Source: Candidatus Aminicenantes bacterium (lineage in GTDB: Bacteria; Acidobacteriota; Aminicenantia; S016-38). From it: a stretch of 53,891 nt of DNA. The notes below the pieces were generated by a model. That model worked only from the letters and a program-made list of their open reading frames with translations, ran no database searches and was not told the origin of the DNA. The stretch spans positions 1 through 53,891 of the forward strand of contig JALVRF010000005.1 in assembly GCA_027025175.1 (NCBI GenBank), written 5' to 3'. Each line of letters starts with the position of its first letter. Position 1 is the first letter of the stretch. This document shows, one piece after another, positions 16,758-25,350 of this stretch. Made by a program: the position numbers and the translations under genes.

Positions 16758-17315
16758 ATGAGGAAAGTTTTACTGGTTATCCTTTTCCCTTTCGTTATTC
16801 TCGCAACCTCCTTTGATATAATGCCGGGAGTGGGAATAGTCAAGGGCTCAGAGGTCCTCGACACCAGCCTTTTCAATATTAAACTCTCTTCAGGGGCCGA
16901 TTACGGGTTAAGGGCTCAGATATCCACGACCCTTTTTGGGCTGGAAGCCTATTATTTTGTAAATTCCCTGGAGACCAACGCCATTGACAAAGTTCGGCAT
17001 CTGGACCTGGATTTCTCAGACAAGTTCGTAAATTACGGGATAGGCGTGTTTCTTCACGGAAGTGGTCTCATTGCTCCTTATCTTTCGCTAACCTACGGCA
17101 AGACGAAATTCACCGGCACCCACCGTTATGCTCCCGACGGAAAGCACTTCACAGTGGGTCTGGGAGCCAAGGCCATGCTATCCTCCATAGGGGTCTGGGG
17201 GGAAGTAAGATTACTCAGAGTTATGGACATTCTGGAAGAATATGAAGAATTCGCTGACCCGGGAAAATTCACCACATTCTCCGTGAACGTAGGGGCGGTT
17301 CTCAGGTTTAAGTGA
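16758..17315 (+). CDS. Putative small outer-membrane beta-barrel protein
   Basis: 185 aa with a signal peptide, alternating hydrophobic beta-strand pattern with G/Y-rich turns, and AAGGAGG before the ATG. Confidence 0.55.
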   Translation: MRKVLLVILFPFVILATSFDIMPGVGIVKGSEVLDTSLFNIKLSSGADYGLRAQISTTLFGLEAYYFVNSLETNAIDKVRHLDLDFSDKFVNYGIGVFLHGSGLIAPYLSLTYGKTKFTGTHRYAPDGKHFTVGLGAKAMLSSIGVWGEVRLLRVMDILEEYEEFADPGKFTTFSVNVGAVLRFK

Positions 17316-18013
17316 GGAGACTAAGGGAAGCAAGGGAACTTTTAAAAAACAGGGAAGCGGTCCCCTTAGAGGGAAAACACCTTGTTATAGACGGCCTCCG
17401 ATGGGGTTTGAAGCCCCTTTATCTTTTCCTTTCTAAGGAGGAGCCGGAAATCCTTGCCCTTGCTGAGGAAAGGGGAATTTTTCCCATTTTCATCGGCGAA
17501 AGGGCCATGCGTTCCCTTTCCTCCCTTAAAACTCCACCGGGAGAGCTCCTTCTAGTTGCTCCTCCCCTGTGGAAGGAGGAAGATTTTTCAAAAATCGTGG
17601 TGCTGGAGGAAGTTCAGGACCCTATCAATGCAGGGAGCATACTGAGAACGGCCTATTGCCTGGGATACCATGCAGTATATACCGATACTCATTCTGCCCA
17701 TCCCTTCTCCTCAAAAACCGTAAGGGCCAGCGCCGGCTATTCCCTGAGAATTCCTGTCTTCAGGGTGGCTCTCCCTGAAAAATTAAAGGAATGGAAAGGT
17801 AAAAAAAGGATTCTCGGCACCTTTCCCAGGAGAGGACATGAACCCAAACCCCTCAGGGAAGATTTTGTTCTGGTCTTCGGAAACGAATCCCGGGGGATAA
17901 GCCCTCAGATGAGCGAACTGGTGGAAAGCAGGATTACCATACCCATGGAAAGGGGAGAGTCCCTGGGTGTGGCGGCCTCTGCTGCGATACTCCTTTATCT
18001 CCTCAGGGGTTGA
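17312..18013 (+). CDS. SpoU/TrmH-family RNA 2'-O-methyltransferase
   Basis: 233 aa. VQDPINAGSILRTA, VFGNESRGIS and IPMERGESLGVAASAAILLY are SpoU motifs. GTG start in a GTGA overlap. Confidence 0.8.
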   Translation: MRRLREARELLKNREAVPLEGKHLVIDGLRWGLKPLYLFLSKEEPEILALAEERGIFPIFIGERAMRSLSSLKTPPGELLLVAPPLWKEEDFSKIVVLEEVQDPINAGSILRTAYCLGYHAVYTDTHSAHPFSSKTVRASAGYSLRIPVFRVALPEKLKEWKGKKRILGTFPRRGHEPKPLREDFVLVFGNESRGISPQMSELVESRITIPMERGESLGVAASAAILLYLLRG

Positions 18014-18983
18014 AGAAGTTAGATAAGTTAACTCCCTTTTCAAAAAACCAGCCTAAGGGAGGATAATGGGCCCTGGAGGGGGGGAGCCTCAGGGAGGCCG
18101 AGGTATTCTGGAGGAGGAATTTCTCTTTAGAGCGGGAGATAACAGCCTGGATGTATTCCCTCCTTTCCCCAAGGAAATCCAAAACCTCCTCAGGATCCGG
18201 GGCCTCTCTTAGAAGCACTGTTCTTGCCGGAATTAGAGGGGGAAATTCCTTTACCAGAAAAAGGGCTTCATGGGAAAGAAGGCAAAAGTCCCGGGCATAA
18301 TAGGAGAGGAATTTCACATAATACTCAAAGGAAAACCTGTTGAAACTTTCCTGGGGAGGCCTTTCTCCGGCGGCTTTTTTAAAGGCCTGGCAAGCTTTTT
18401 CAAGTTCCCATTTTTCAGCGAACAAAACCACCGGCGAAAGGCAACCCTCCCCATCAAAACTCAGGGCATCCAGGAAAAAGGGATAGGGGTCATCTTTCAC
18501 TATACCTATGGAGAAGCGGGGACCGAAAAACCTGAAGGGAACCCCGAGACCAGCCAGGGTCTGGCCCAGGCCATGGCCCCCAAACCCCACCACGAAGTCA
18601 AATTCCCGGGCAAAGCTGCTTAACTCATTGTGAGGAAAGAACACGAATTTCATGCCGGAAAATTCCCCAAGGAGCCGGTAGAAAAGATCCTCTGTCAGGG
18701 GTCTTTTAAAAACCGCCTCCAGACCGTAGGCATCAAGGAGTGGCCCCATCTGGAAGGGAATCAGAGGAACATTGGCCGGGAGGAGCACCAGAACCCTGCG
18801 GGGTCCTGAAAGGCGAGGGGCATCAAATTTCGAAAGATGGCTGGAAAGGTAAAGGAGAATATCCTTTAAGACATTCCCCTGATAACCCTTAGAGGATACG
18901 GGCCTGCCTCTTTCAATTTCCCGGACGATTTTAATGGCAGCCTCTGCCAGTTTTTTCGTCCATTTACCGGAAGACATACCCAC
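18003..18983 (-). CDS. LuxC-like acyl-CoA reductase family protein
   Basis: 326 aa. DGEGCLSPVVLF resembles the LuxC active-site Cys region. It is paired with a LuxE-like gene, as this family typically is. Confidence 0.55.
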   Translation of the reverse strand: MGMSSGKWTKKLAEAAIKIVREIERGRPVSSKGYQGNVLKDILLYLSSHLSKFDAPRLSGPRRVLVLLPANVPLIPFQMGPLLDAYGLEAVFKRPLTEDLFYRLLGEFSGMKFVFFPHNELSSFAREFDFVVGFGGHGLGQTLAGLGVPFRFFGPRFSIGIVKDDPYPFFLDALSFDGEGCLSPVVLFAEKWELEKACQAFKKAAGERPPQESFNRFSFEYYVKFLSYYARDFCLLSHEALFLVKEFPPLIPARTVLLREAPDPEEVLDFLGERREYIQAVISRSKEKFLLQNTSASLRLPPSRAHYPPLGWFFEKGVNLSNFFNP

Positions 18984-19881
18984 AACCCCTTTCTTCTTCG
19001 GTGGCTCTTCCCAGGACTAAAAAACCAGCCTCGGTTGCCTCCACAAGGTCAGGAACTAAAAGGGCAGAAACCGTGCACAGGCTGGCAAAATCAAAAACCC
19101 TGAGGAGTTCCCTTCCTCTGGTTAAGACCTCTGCCCAGGGATGTGGGATATAGGGCCTTCGCGATGGTGCATAAAACTGGGAGAACAACTCCGCCATCCC
19201 ATATTCGCTCCAGAACTCCGCTGAAGGAAAGAAGCGTTTAGCGTAATCGTGGAGTTCGTCCCTGTTGTACTTAAGGTCCAGACCCTTGTATCCTCCTGTT
19301 TCTATAACCACTTCTATTTCCGGAAGGAGACTTCCCTCAGCCTCAAGCCACCGGGAAAGGCGTAGAAGTTGAGTGGAGGTCAGAAAAAGAACTCCCTTTT
19401 TGCCCTTTAGTTTTTGGTAGGCCTCCTTAGGCTCCAGATGATAGGAGGAATTAAGGTATTCAACAGCAGGGAAAAGGCTTATCATGAAGGAAAGGGAGGA
19501 TTGCGGAAAAAGGGAAAAGGAGGGAATAAGGGATAAAATTGGCCTTCCCTTAAAGGGGAAAGAGCGAAGGGCTGATATTTTATAGAGTTGGAGGGAGCGG
19601 GAGTTGTAAAAAACCCTGCTTCTTTCCCCGGTGGTTCCGCTGGAGAGAAAATAACCCTCAGCCTCCCCACAGGAGAACACCCTTTCCCTTTTGAAAAATT
19701 CCACGGGGAAGAAGGGAATATCTTCCAGGCTCTTCACCCTATTTTTTCCCCATCTTTGAGCAAATTTTCTGTAAATCGGGTTATTCTCTAACTGGAAATT
19801 CACCACGTCCAGGGCAAGTTCAGGGGAAAAAACCTCGCCTTCCCTTATAAACTTCTGAACCCTGTCAAAAATTCCCTTCAT
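18964..19881 (-). CDS. LuxE/PaaK-family acyl-protein synthetase-like (adenylate-forming) enzyme
   Basis: 305 aa. FQLENNPIYRKF...IPFFPVEFFKRERVFS...FLSSGTTGERSRVFY matches the LuxE-family N-terminal pattern. Confidence 0.7.
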   Translation of the reverse strand: MKGIFDRVQKFIREGEVFSPELALDVVNFQLENNPIYRKFAQRWGKNRVKSLEDIPFFPVEFFKRERVFSCGEAEGYFLSSGTTGERSRVFYNSRSLQLYKISALRSFPFKGRPILSLIPSFSLFPQSSLSFMISLFPAVEYLNSSYHLEPKEAYQKLKGKKGVLFLTSTQLLRLSRWLEAEGSLLPEIEVVIETGGYKGLDLKYNRDELHDYAKRFFPSAEFWSEYGMAELFSQFYAPSRRPYIPHPWAEVLTRGRELLRVFDFASLCTVSALLVPDLVEATEAGFLVLGRATEEERGCGYVFR

Positions 19882-20375
19882 AGATAACCCATGTTTTTCA
19901 GGGCCTGTGTATAAGTTTTCCCTTTCCTTTTCTCCTCAGAGGGAGAACATCCAACATATTTTTTCCCTTCAAGGTAAAGGGAACAGAACGGAAGACCGTT
20001 TTCCTTTATGGCCCTCCATATCTCAAAATCACTTAGCCCTTTAAGGGGAAAAACCTCCTTCACGGGGCTGGGGGTGGGTTCAGGGTTCCTCAGAGGCTCG
20101 TACACTAGGGAAAAACCCGTAGAGGAAAGGTAAGGAAGGAGGAAATCTTCCCTGAGATAACGGCACCAATCCTCCCTTCTCCCTTCAAAATCCTCTGTCT
20201 CCACCTCCACCCTGGTGGCTTTGAACCCGAAGTGCCTTTCTGCTTCTATTAAATAATCGTAAATCTGAGGGGGATAAAATCCCGGATCAACGAACACCAC
20301 GGCATCCACTTCTCTGGCGTAGAGGTGCAAAAGGAGGGTGGTCTCCTTATCTCCTACAAACCACAGTGCCTTCAT
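19878..20375 (-). CDS. Short PAPS-reductase-fold (adenine nucleotide alpha-hydrolase) protein with degenerate PP-loop
   Basis: 165 aa. LWFVGDKETTLLLHL...VVFVDPGFYPPQIYDY and FPLKGLSDFEIWRAIKENGLPFCSLYLEGKKYVGCSP parallel CysH-family blocks. SGGKDS is replaced by VGDKET. Confidence 0.55.
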   Translation of the reverse strand: MKALWFVGDKETTLLLHLYAREVDAVVFVDPGFYPPQIYDYLIEAERHFGFKATRVEVETEDFEGRREDWCRYLREDFLLPYLSSTGFSLVYEPLRNPEPTPSPVKEVFPLKGLSDFEIWRAIKENGLPFCSLYLEGKKYVGCSPSEEKRKGKTYTQALKNMGYL

Positions 20376-21745
20376 CCTAACCCCAGTTTCTTCCAGTAAT
20401 ACCTGAAGGAACGGTATGAAATACCCAGAAGTTCCGCAGCCTTCTTCTTATCACCTTTGGTCTTAACTACCGCAGTTTTCAGAAATTTCCTCATCTCGTC
20501 ATCCAGGTATTCTTCCAGATTGAATCTGCCATCCATTTCAAGGAATTCTTCCATGTTCAACCCGCTGTCGGTTTTCCTCCGGTGAAATATCTTGTCCGGA
20601 AGGTCCTGAACCGTTATGTAAGGACCGGTTTCCATTACCACAGCCCTCTCCACCACATTCTGGAGTTCCCGTATGTTTCCAGGCCAATTGTATGTCTCCA
20701 GAGCAACAAGGGCGTCTTTCTGTATTCCGAGAATCCTTTTGTTGTGCTTTTCGTTAAACTGTTCAATGAAGTGCTGGACAAGAAGGGGTATGTCCTGCCT
20801 CCTTTCCCGAAGGGGAGGAAGTTCTATCCTCACCACATCCAGCCTGTAGAAAAGGTCTTCCCTGAATTCCCCCCTTTGGACAATTTCATCTATGTTCTGG
20901 TTGGTGGCGGTTATTATTCTCACATCAACCTCAATTTCCTCCTCTCCTCCAATCCTCCTTATCCTTTTATCCTGAATAGCAGTAAGGAGTTTTGCCTGCA
21001 TGCTCAGGCTCATTCCTGAAATCTCGTCAAGGAACAGGGTTCCTTCCCTGGCCACCTCAAACAATCCCCTTTTTCTTGAGGCTGCCCCTGTAAAGGCTCC
21101 CTTTTCATAGCCGAAGAGTTCGCTCTCCAGAAGGCTCTCCGGAATGGCGGCACAATTTATGGAAACAAATTTTCGCTTCCTCCTGGGGCTCAACTCGTGG
21201 ATTACCCTGGCAAGAAGGCTTTTACCCGTGCCGCTTTCCCCGGTAATCAGCACATTCACATCGCTGGGGGCTATCCGCCTTACCAGGTCCATAATTTTCT
21301 CCATGGCCGGACTCTTGGCCACCAGTTTTTTTCCCTGGTAAACAGCCCGGAGTTCCCTCCTGAGTTCCTCCACTTCTTTTCTAAGGGAACTTGACTCCAG
21401 GGCTTTTCTGACCACAATTTCAAGGGTTTCAAGGTCAAAGGGTTTCAATATATAATCCTCTGCCCCCATTTTCAGAGCCTTTACTGCATCCTGCACTGAA
21501 GCATAGGCAGTTATTAAAATAACAGGAATTTCAGGGGAAATTTTCTTTATTCTCTCCAGAAGATCAATCCCGTTCAGTTCCCCAGGAAGTTTTATGTCGC
21601 TTATGACGATGTCAAAATCCTCATATAAGGAAAGGGCCTCTTCTGCGGTAACAACTCCCCTGGCAGAATATCCCTTCCCCTGGAAAAAGAGCACCAGTAT
21701 CTCGAGGAGCTGTTCGTCGTCTTCCACCACTAAGATTTTTTCCAT
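20372..21745 (-). CDS. Sigma-54-dependent response regulator, PilR-like by synteny
   Basis: 457 aa. REC domain ILVVEDDEQL...ISDIKLPG, Walker A GESGTGKS, GAFTGA, and HTH AAELLGISYRSFRYYW. Follows the pilB-pilT-pilC-kinase genes. Confidence 0.85.
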   Translation of the reverse strand: MEKILVVEDDEQLLEILVLFFQGKGYSARGVVTAEEALSLYEDFDIVISDIKLPGELNGIDLLERIKKISPEIPVILITAYASVQDAVKALKMGAEDYILKPFDLETLEIVVRKALESSSLRKEVEELRRELRAVYQGKKLVAKSPAMEKIMDLVRRIAPSDVNVLITGESGTGKSLLARVIHELSPRRKRKFVSINCAAIPESLLESELFGYEKGAFTGAASRKRGLFEVAREGTLFLDEISGMSLSMQAKLLTAIQDKRIRRIGGEEEIEVDVRIITATNQNIDEIVQRGEFREDLFYRLDVVRIELPPLRERRQDIPLLVQHFIEQFNEKHNKRILGIQKDALVALETYNWPGNIRELQNVVERAVVMETGPYITVQDLPDKIFHRRKTDSGLNMEEFLEMDGRFNLEEYLDDEMRKFLKTAVVKTKGDKKKAAELLGISYRSFRYYWKKLGLG

Positions 21746-22989
21746 CTTATTCTGACCTCCTGGGAGGTTGCGGTAAGTATACCGTTTATGCTGGCTATAA
21801 CATAAGCCAGTTCCAGAGCGGCGAAACCTTTACCGGTGGAAAGTTCCTTAAGATTTGGGCTGAGAATCATGGAAATTTCACCCTCGCTGAGGGGAGGTTC
21901 CCTTTTCAGAATTATTTCACCATTCTTTACCTCCTCCTCAAAACTCGCACCGTTCACGGCGAGAATTTCCCTGAGTATTTCCAGCGCTCTTCCAGGAGAT
22001 GGATTGGCACCCAGGGAAGTCCAGCGGAGAAGAATTTCATTGATTTTTTCCGCCCTCTCCCTTATCTTATACATAAATTCGTTTTTTCTGTCCTCGTCAA
22101 GGCTGGGGAGGAGTTGAAGAACTCCCAGAATAGAGGCAAGAGGATTTCTGAGTTCGTGGGCAATAATGGATATGGTCTCCCTGACCCCCTCCCTCCTTAG
22201 CATAAACCATTTCTGGGTGTTATCACTTATGACGAAGATTTCCCCATAGGAAAGTGGAAACCTTTTAACCGTGTATACCCGTCCCGAGATTCTTACTGTT
22301 CCCTCCCCTCCTATAAGTTTTTCCAGGGGCATTTCCTCGCACCTTTTCCCCCTCAAGACTAACTGTCCATCCTGTATTAAAACCACACATTCGTGGGTAT
22401 GGCTGAGTATCTCGTCCAGTTTTGAGGCGAAAACCTTCTCCTCCTCCCTTAACATGATTTTCTTTGTTAATTTGTTTATTTCATCCCTGGAAATTATCAG
22501 AATGTAGGCCAGAGCGGGAAATCCTAAGGAATACACCATAAGCCCAGTGGTAAATTCCTTATAGTTAAAATTAACATTCGGTATCTTAAAGTAAAAGGTG
22601 GTGAAGGAAAAAAGGAGATAAGAAAGCAGGGGAGTTAGAGAGGCTATAAGGAGCCTTTTTTTGTCGGAGAGGAAATAGAAGGCCTCAAGAAGCAAGAAGA
22701 CGAAAAGAAAGTAAAGCAGGCTTTCGTATCCACCGGTGTTCAGTATCAAATAGGATATAAGAAACCAATCTCCAATGAGTTGGGCAACCATAAGGTGGTC
22801 CTCACTTGTCCCTATACGAAGAAGAAACAGGTAAAGGACGGAGAGGGTAAAAAGAAGACCGAGAAATGAGAAAAAAAACCTTACCGGGAATAAGTTGAGA
22901 AAGGCAAGATGAATGATTATCAGGGATAGAAGTAGGAAAAAACCTATAAATATACGAAGTTCTATAAGTTTAAGAATCTTCCGGGGCAT
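21730..22989 (-). CDS. Membrane histidine kinase, PilS-like by synteny, with short/degenerate catalytic domain
   Basis: 419 aa with about 6 N-terminal TM helices and H box IIAHELRNPLASI. Only about 140 aa follow the His, and no clear N/G1/G2 boxes are present. Confidence 0.7.
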   Translation of the reverse strand: MPRKILKLIELRIFIGFFLLLSLIIIHLAFLNLFPVRFFFSFLGLLFTLSVLYLFLLRIGTSEDHLMVAQLIGDWFLISYLILNTGGYESLLYFLFVFLLLEAFYFLSDKKRLLIASLTPLLSYLLFSFTTFYFKIPNVNFNYKEFTTGLMVYSLGFPALAYILIISRDEINKLTKKIMLREEEKVFASKLDEILSHTHECVVLIQDGQLVLRGKRCEEMPLEKLIGGEGTVRISGRVYTVKRFPLSYGEIFVISDNTQKWFMLRREGVRETISIIAHELRNPLASILGVLQLLPSLDEDRKNEFMYKIRERAEKINEILLRWTSLGANPSPGRALEILREILAVNGASFEEEVKNGEIILKREPPLSEGEISMILSPNLKELSTGKGFAALELAYVIASINGILTATSQEVRIRWKKS

Positions 22990-24188
22990 TAAAATCTGCC
23001 CAGAAGGTTGAAGATGGGAAGGTACATGGAAAGAACTATACCTCCCACCAGGCCTCCCAGGAACAGAACCATTATGGGCTCCATTACTGAAATAAGTGCG
23101 CCTACTGCGGCATCAACCTCTTCTTCATAGAAGTCGGCTATTTTATTTAACATGGTATCCAGAGCACCGGTGGCCTCTCCTGCCTCCACCATCTGGCTGA
23201 TCATAACAGGTATGTATGGGCTCTTCTTCAGGGGTTCGCTCAGGCTTTTTCCTCCAGCTACTTCCTCCCTGGCATCCAGGATTAATTTTTCTATTATGGT
23301 ATTTCCCGCCGTTTTCGCGGAAATGTCCAGAGCAAGCAGTATATCAACTCCTGAGGTAACAAGGGTGGCCAGGGTTCTCATCACCTTGGCCAGTGCTCCT
23401 TTCAAAATTAGCGGTCCTACAACCCAGAGTTTAAGTTTAATCTTGTCCACGGTCTTTCTTCCTCCCGGGGTAGAAACATAAAACTTGTAAAGGAGGTATA
23501 ACCCGACCAGGCCTCCCATCCAGAGGTAGAACTGGTGTATAAGGAAATTACTGGCTCCAATAACTATCTGAGTAGGAAGTGGTAACTCGGCTCCCAGGTC
23601 GTGGTAAAGTTTTGCAAATGCAGGGATAACCTTCCAGAGGATAAAGGCCGTAATAAGAATGGCTATGGTCAAAACGGCTATAGGATAGGCCAGAGCAGAT
23701 TTTATTTTGCTCACCAGGGCTTTTATCTTTTCCAGGTAATCTGCTAATCTTTGCAGAATGATGTCAAGGGTTCCACCGGTCTCTCCTGCGGCCACCATGT
23801 TCACATAAAGGGAATCAAAAACATCTGGATGCTTGGCGAAGGCATTGGACAGGGAACTTCCTCCCCTCACATCCTCGGTTACCTTTTCAAGCACCGCTTT
23901 AAATCTCTTATTGGTTTGCTGCTCAGCCAGGGCAGAAAGGGCCTGATCTATGGCAAGACCTGCATTCACCATGACGGATAGTTGCCTGGTGAAAATGGCG
24001 AGTTCTTTAAGACTTGCGGCCTTTTTCAGTTTCGGAAGTTTGAGTTCAAAACCCTTCTTTTTAAGATAGGATATCTGAATTCCTTCCCTTAATAGAGCTC
24101 TCCTTACATCTTCTTCTGAAGGGGCAGCCCTCTCACCGGTTACTATCTGCCCCATTCTGTTGACGCCTTTAAAAACGAAAACAGGCAT
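22989..24188 (-). CDS. pilC: Type IV pilus platform protein PilC (GspF family)
   Basis: 399 aa with duplicated T2SS-F domain pattern and 3 TM segments. LSNAF..HPDVFD and EAGEATGALDTML motifs. Confidence 0.9.
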   Translation of the reverse strand: MPVFVFKGVNRMGQIVTGERAAPSEEDVRRALLREGIQISYLKKKGFELKLPKLKKAASLKELAIFTRQLSVMVNAGLAIDQALSALAEQQTNKRFKAVLEKVTEDVRGGSSLSNAFAKHPDVFDSLYVNMVAAGETGGTLDIILQRLADYLEKIKALVSKIKSALAYPIAVLTIAILITAFILWKVIPAFAKLYHDLGAELPLPTQIVIGASNFLIHQFYLWMGGLVGLYLLYKFYVSTPGGRKTVDKIKLKLWVVGPLILKGALAKVMRTLATLVTSGVDILLALDISAKTAGNTIIEKLILDAREEVAGGKSLSEPLKKSPYIPVMISQMVEAGEATGALDTMLNKIADFYEEEVDAAVGALISVMEPIMVLFLGGLVGGIVLSMYLPIFNLLGRF

Positions 24189-24197
24189 TACTACCTC

Positions 24198-25340
24198 CTA
24201 CATGGTTTTTCTTCCCTTGGTTTCTATCACACCCGCCATGGCTGGAGGGGTATAAATATGCCTCACTGCTGCAGGACCTCTTCTTATAAGGTCGTGTAAC
24301 TCCTCAGGATAGGAACTGGACCCCATGGCGGTATCCAGGGAAATAAGACGCTTAAAATAAAGGGCTGCAAGGGACTGATTAAAGGTGTGCATTCCTGTGG
24401 CTTCCTGGCCTGTTTGCATTGAGGAATAAATCTGGTGAATTTTGTCCTCCCTGATCAGGTTCCTTATGGCCGGGGTAGGAACCAAAACTTCGGTGGCGAG
24501 AATTCTTCCCCTGCCATCGGCCCTGGGAAGCAGGGATTGGGTTATTATCCCCTCAAGGATCATGGAAAGTTGGGTTCTAACCTGGGACTGCTGGTGGGGA
24601 GGAAATATGTCTATTATCCTGGTTATGGTTTGAGCCGCAGAGTTGGTATGCAGGGTAGCCAGGGTAAGGTGGCCAGTTTCGGCAATTCTAAGGGCCGCTT
24701 CCACCGTTTCCAGATCCCTCATCTCGCCGATGAGAACCACATCAGGGTCCTCCCTGAGCACTGACCTCAGGGCATTGTGGAATGACTTGGTATCGGTGTG
24801 AATCTCCCTCTGGTTTATAAGAGCCCTCTTGTGGGAATGGAGATATTCAATAGGGTCTTCTATGGTTACTATGTGAACCGGCCTCTCCCTGTTTATCTTA
24901 TCAATCATAGTGGCCAGGGTGGTGGATTTTCCTGAACCGGTAGGTCCTGTGACCAGAATGAGTCCCCTGGGTTTCTCACAGAACTTCTTAACCACCGGTG
25001 GAATTCCCAGTTCCTCAAAGGACCTTATTTCATAGGGAATTTTCCTGAAGGCACCTGCCACTGCACCCCTCTGCATAAAAACATTGGCCCTGAATCTCGC
25101 TAACCCCTTTATACCAAAGGAAAAATCAATTTCCCAGTTTTCCTCAAATCTGTGCTTCTGGGTATCTGTCAATATAGAATATATAAGGCTCTTGGTCTCT
25201 GGAGGGGACAAAGGGGGAAAGTTGAGCCTCTCCAGCGCCCCGTTTACCCTTATAACCGGAGGAGAGCCTGTGGTTATGTGAAGGTCAGTCCCTCCCCTTT
25301 CTATCATAATCCTCAAAAGTTCCACCAGAGTAAGAGCCAT
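24198..25340 (-). CDS. pilT: Type IV pilus retraction ATPase PilT
   Basis: 380 aa. GGTDLHI, Walker A GPTGSGKST, and the AIRNLIREDKIHQIYS PilT signature. Confidence 0.9.
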   Translation of the reverse strand: MALTLVELLRIMIERGGTDLHITTGSPPVIRVNGALERLNFPPLSPPETKSLIYSILTDTQKHRFEENWEIDFSFGIKGLARFRANVFMQRGAVAGAFRKIPYEIRSFEELGIPPVVKKFCEKPRGLILVTGPTGSGKSTTLATMIDKINRERPVHIVTIEDPIEYLHSHKRALINQREIHTDTKSFHNALRSVLREDPDVVLIGEMRDLETVEAALRIAETGHLTLATLHTNSAAQTITRIIDIFPPHQQSQVRTQLSMILEGIITQSLLPRADGRGRILATEVLVPTPAIRNLIREDKIHQIYSSMQTGQEATGMHTFNQSLAALYFKRLISLDTAMGSSSYPEELHDLIRRGPAAVRHIYTPPAMAGVIETKGRKTM

Positions 25341-25350
25341 TTTTCCTCCT

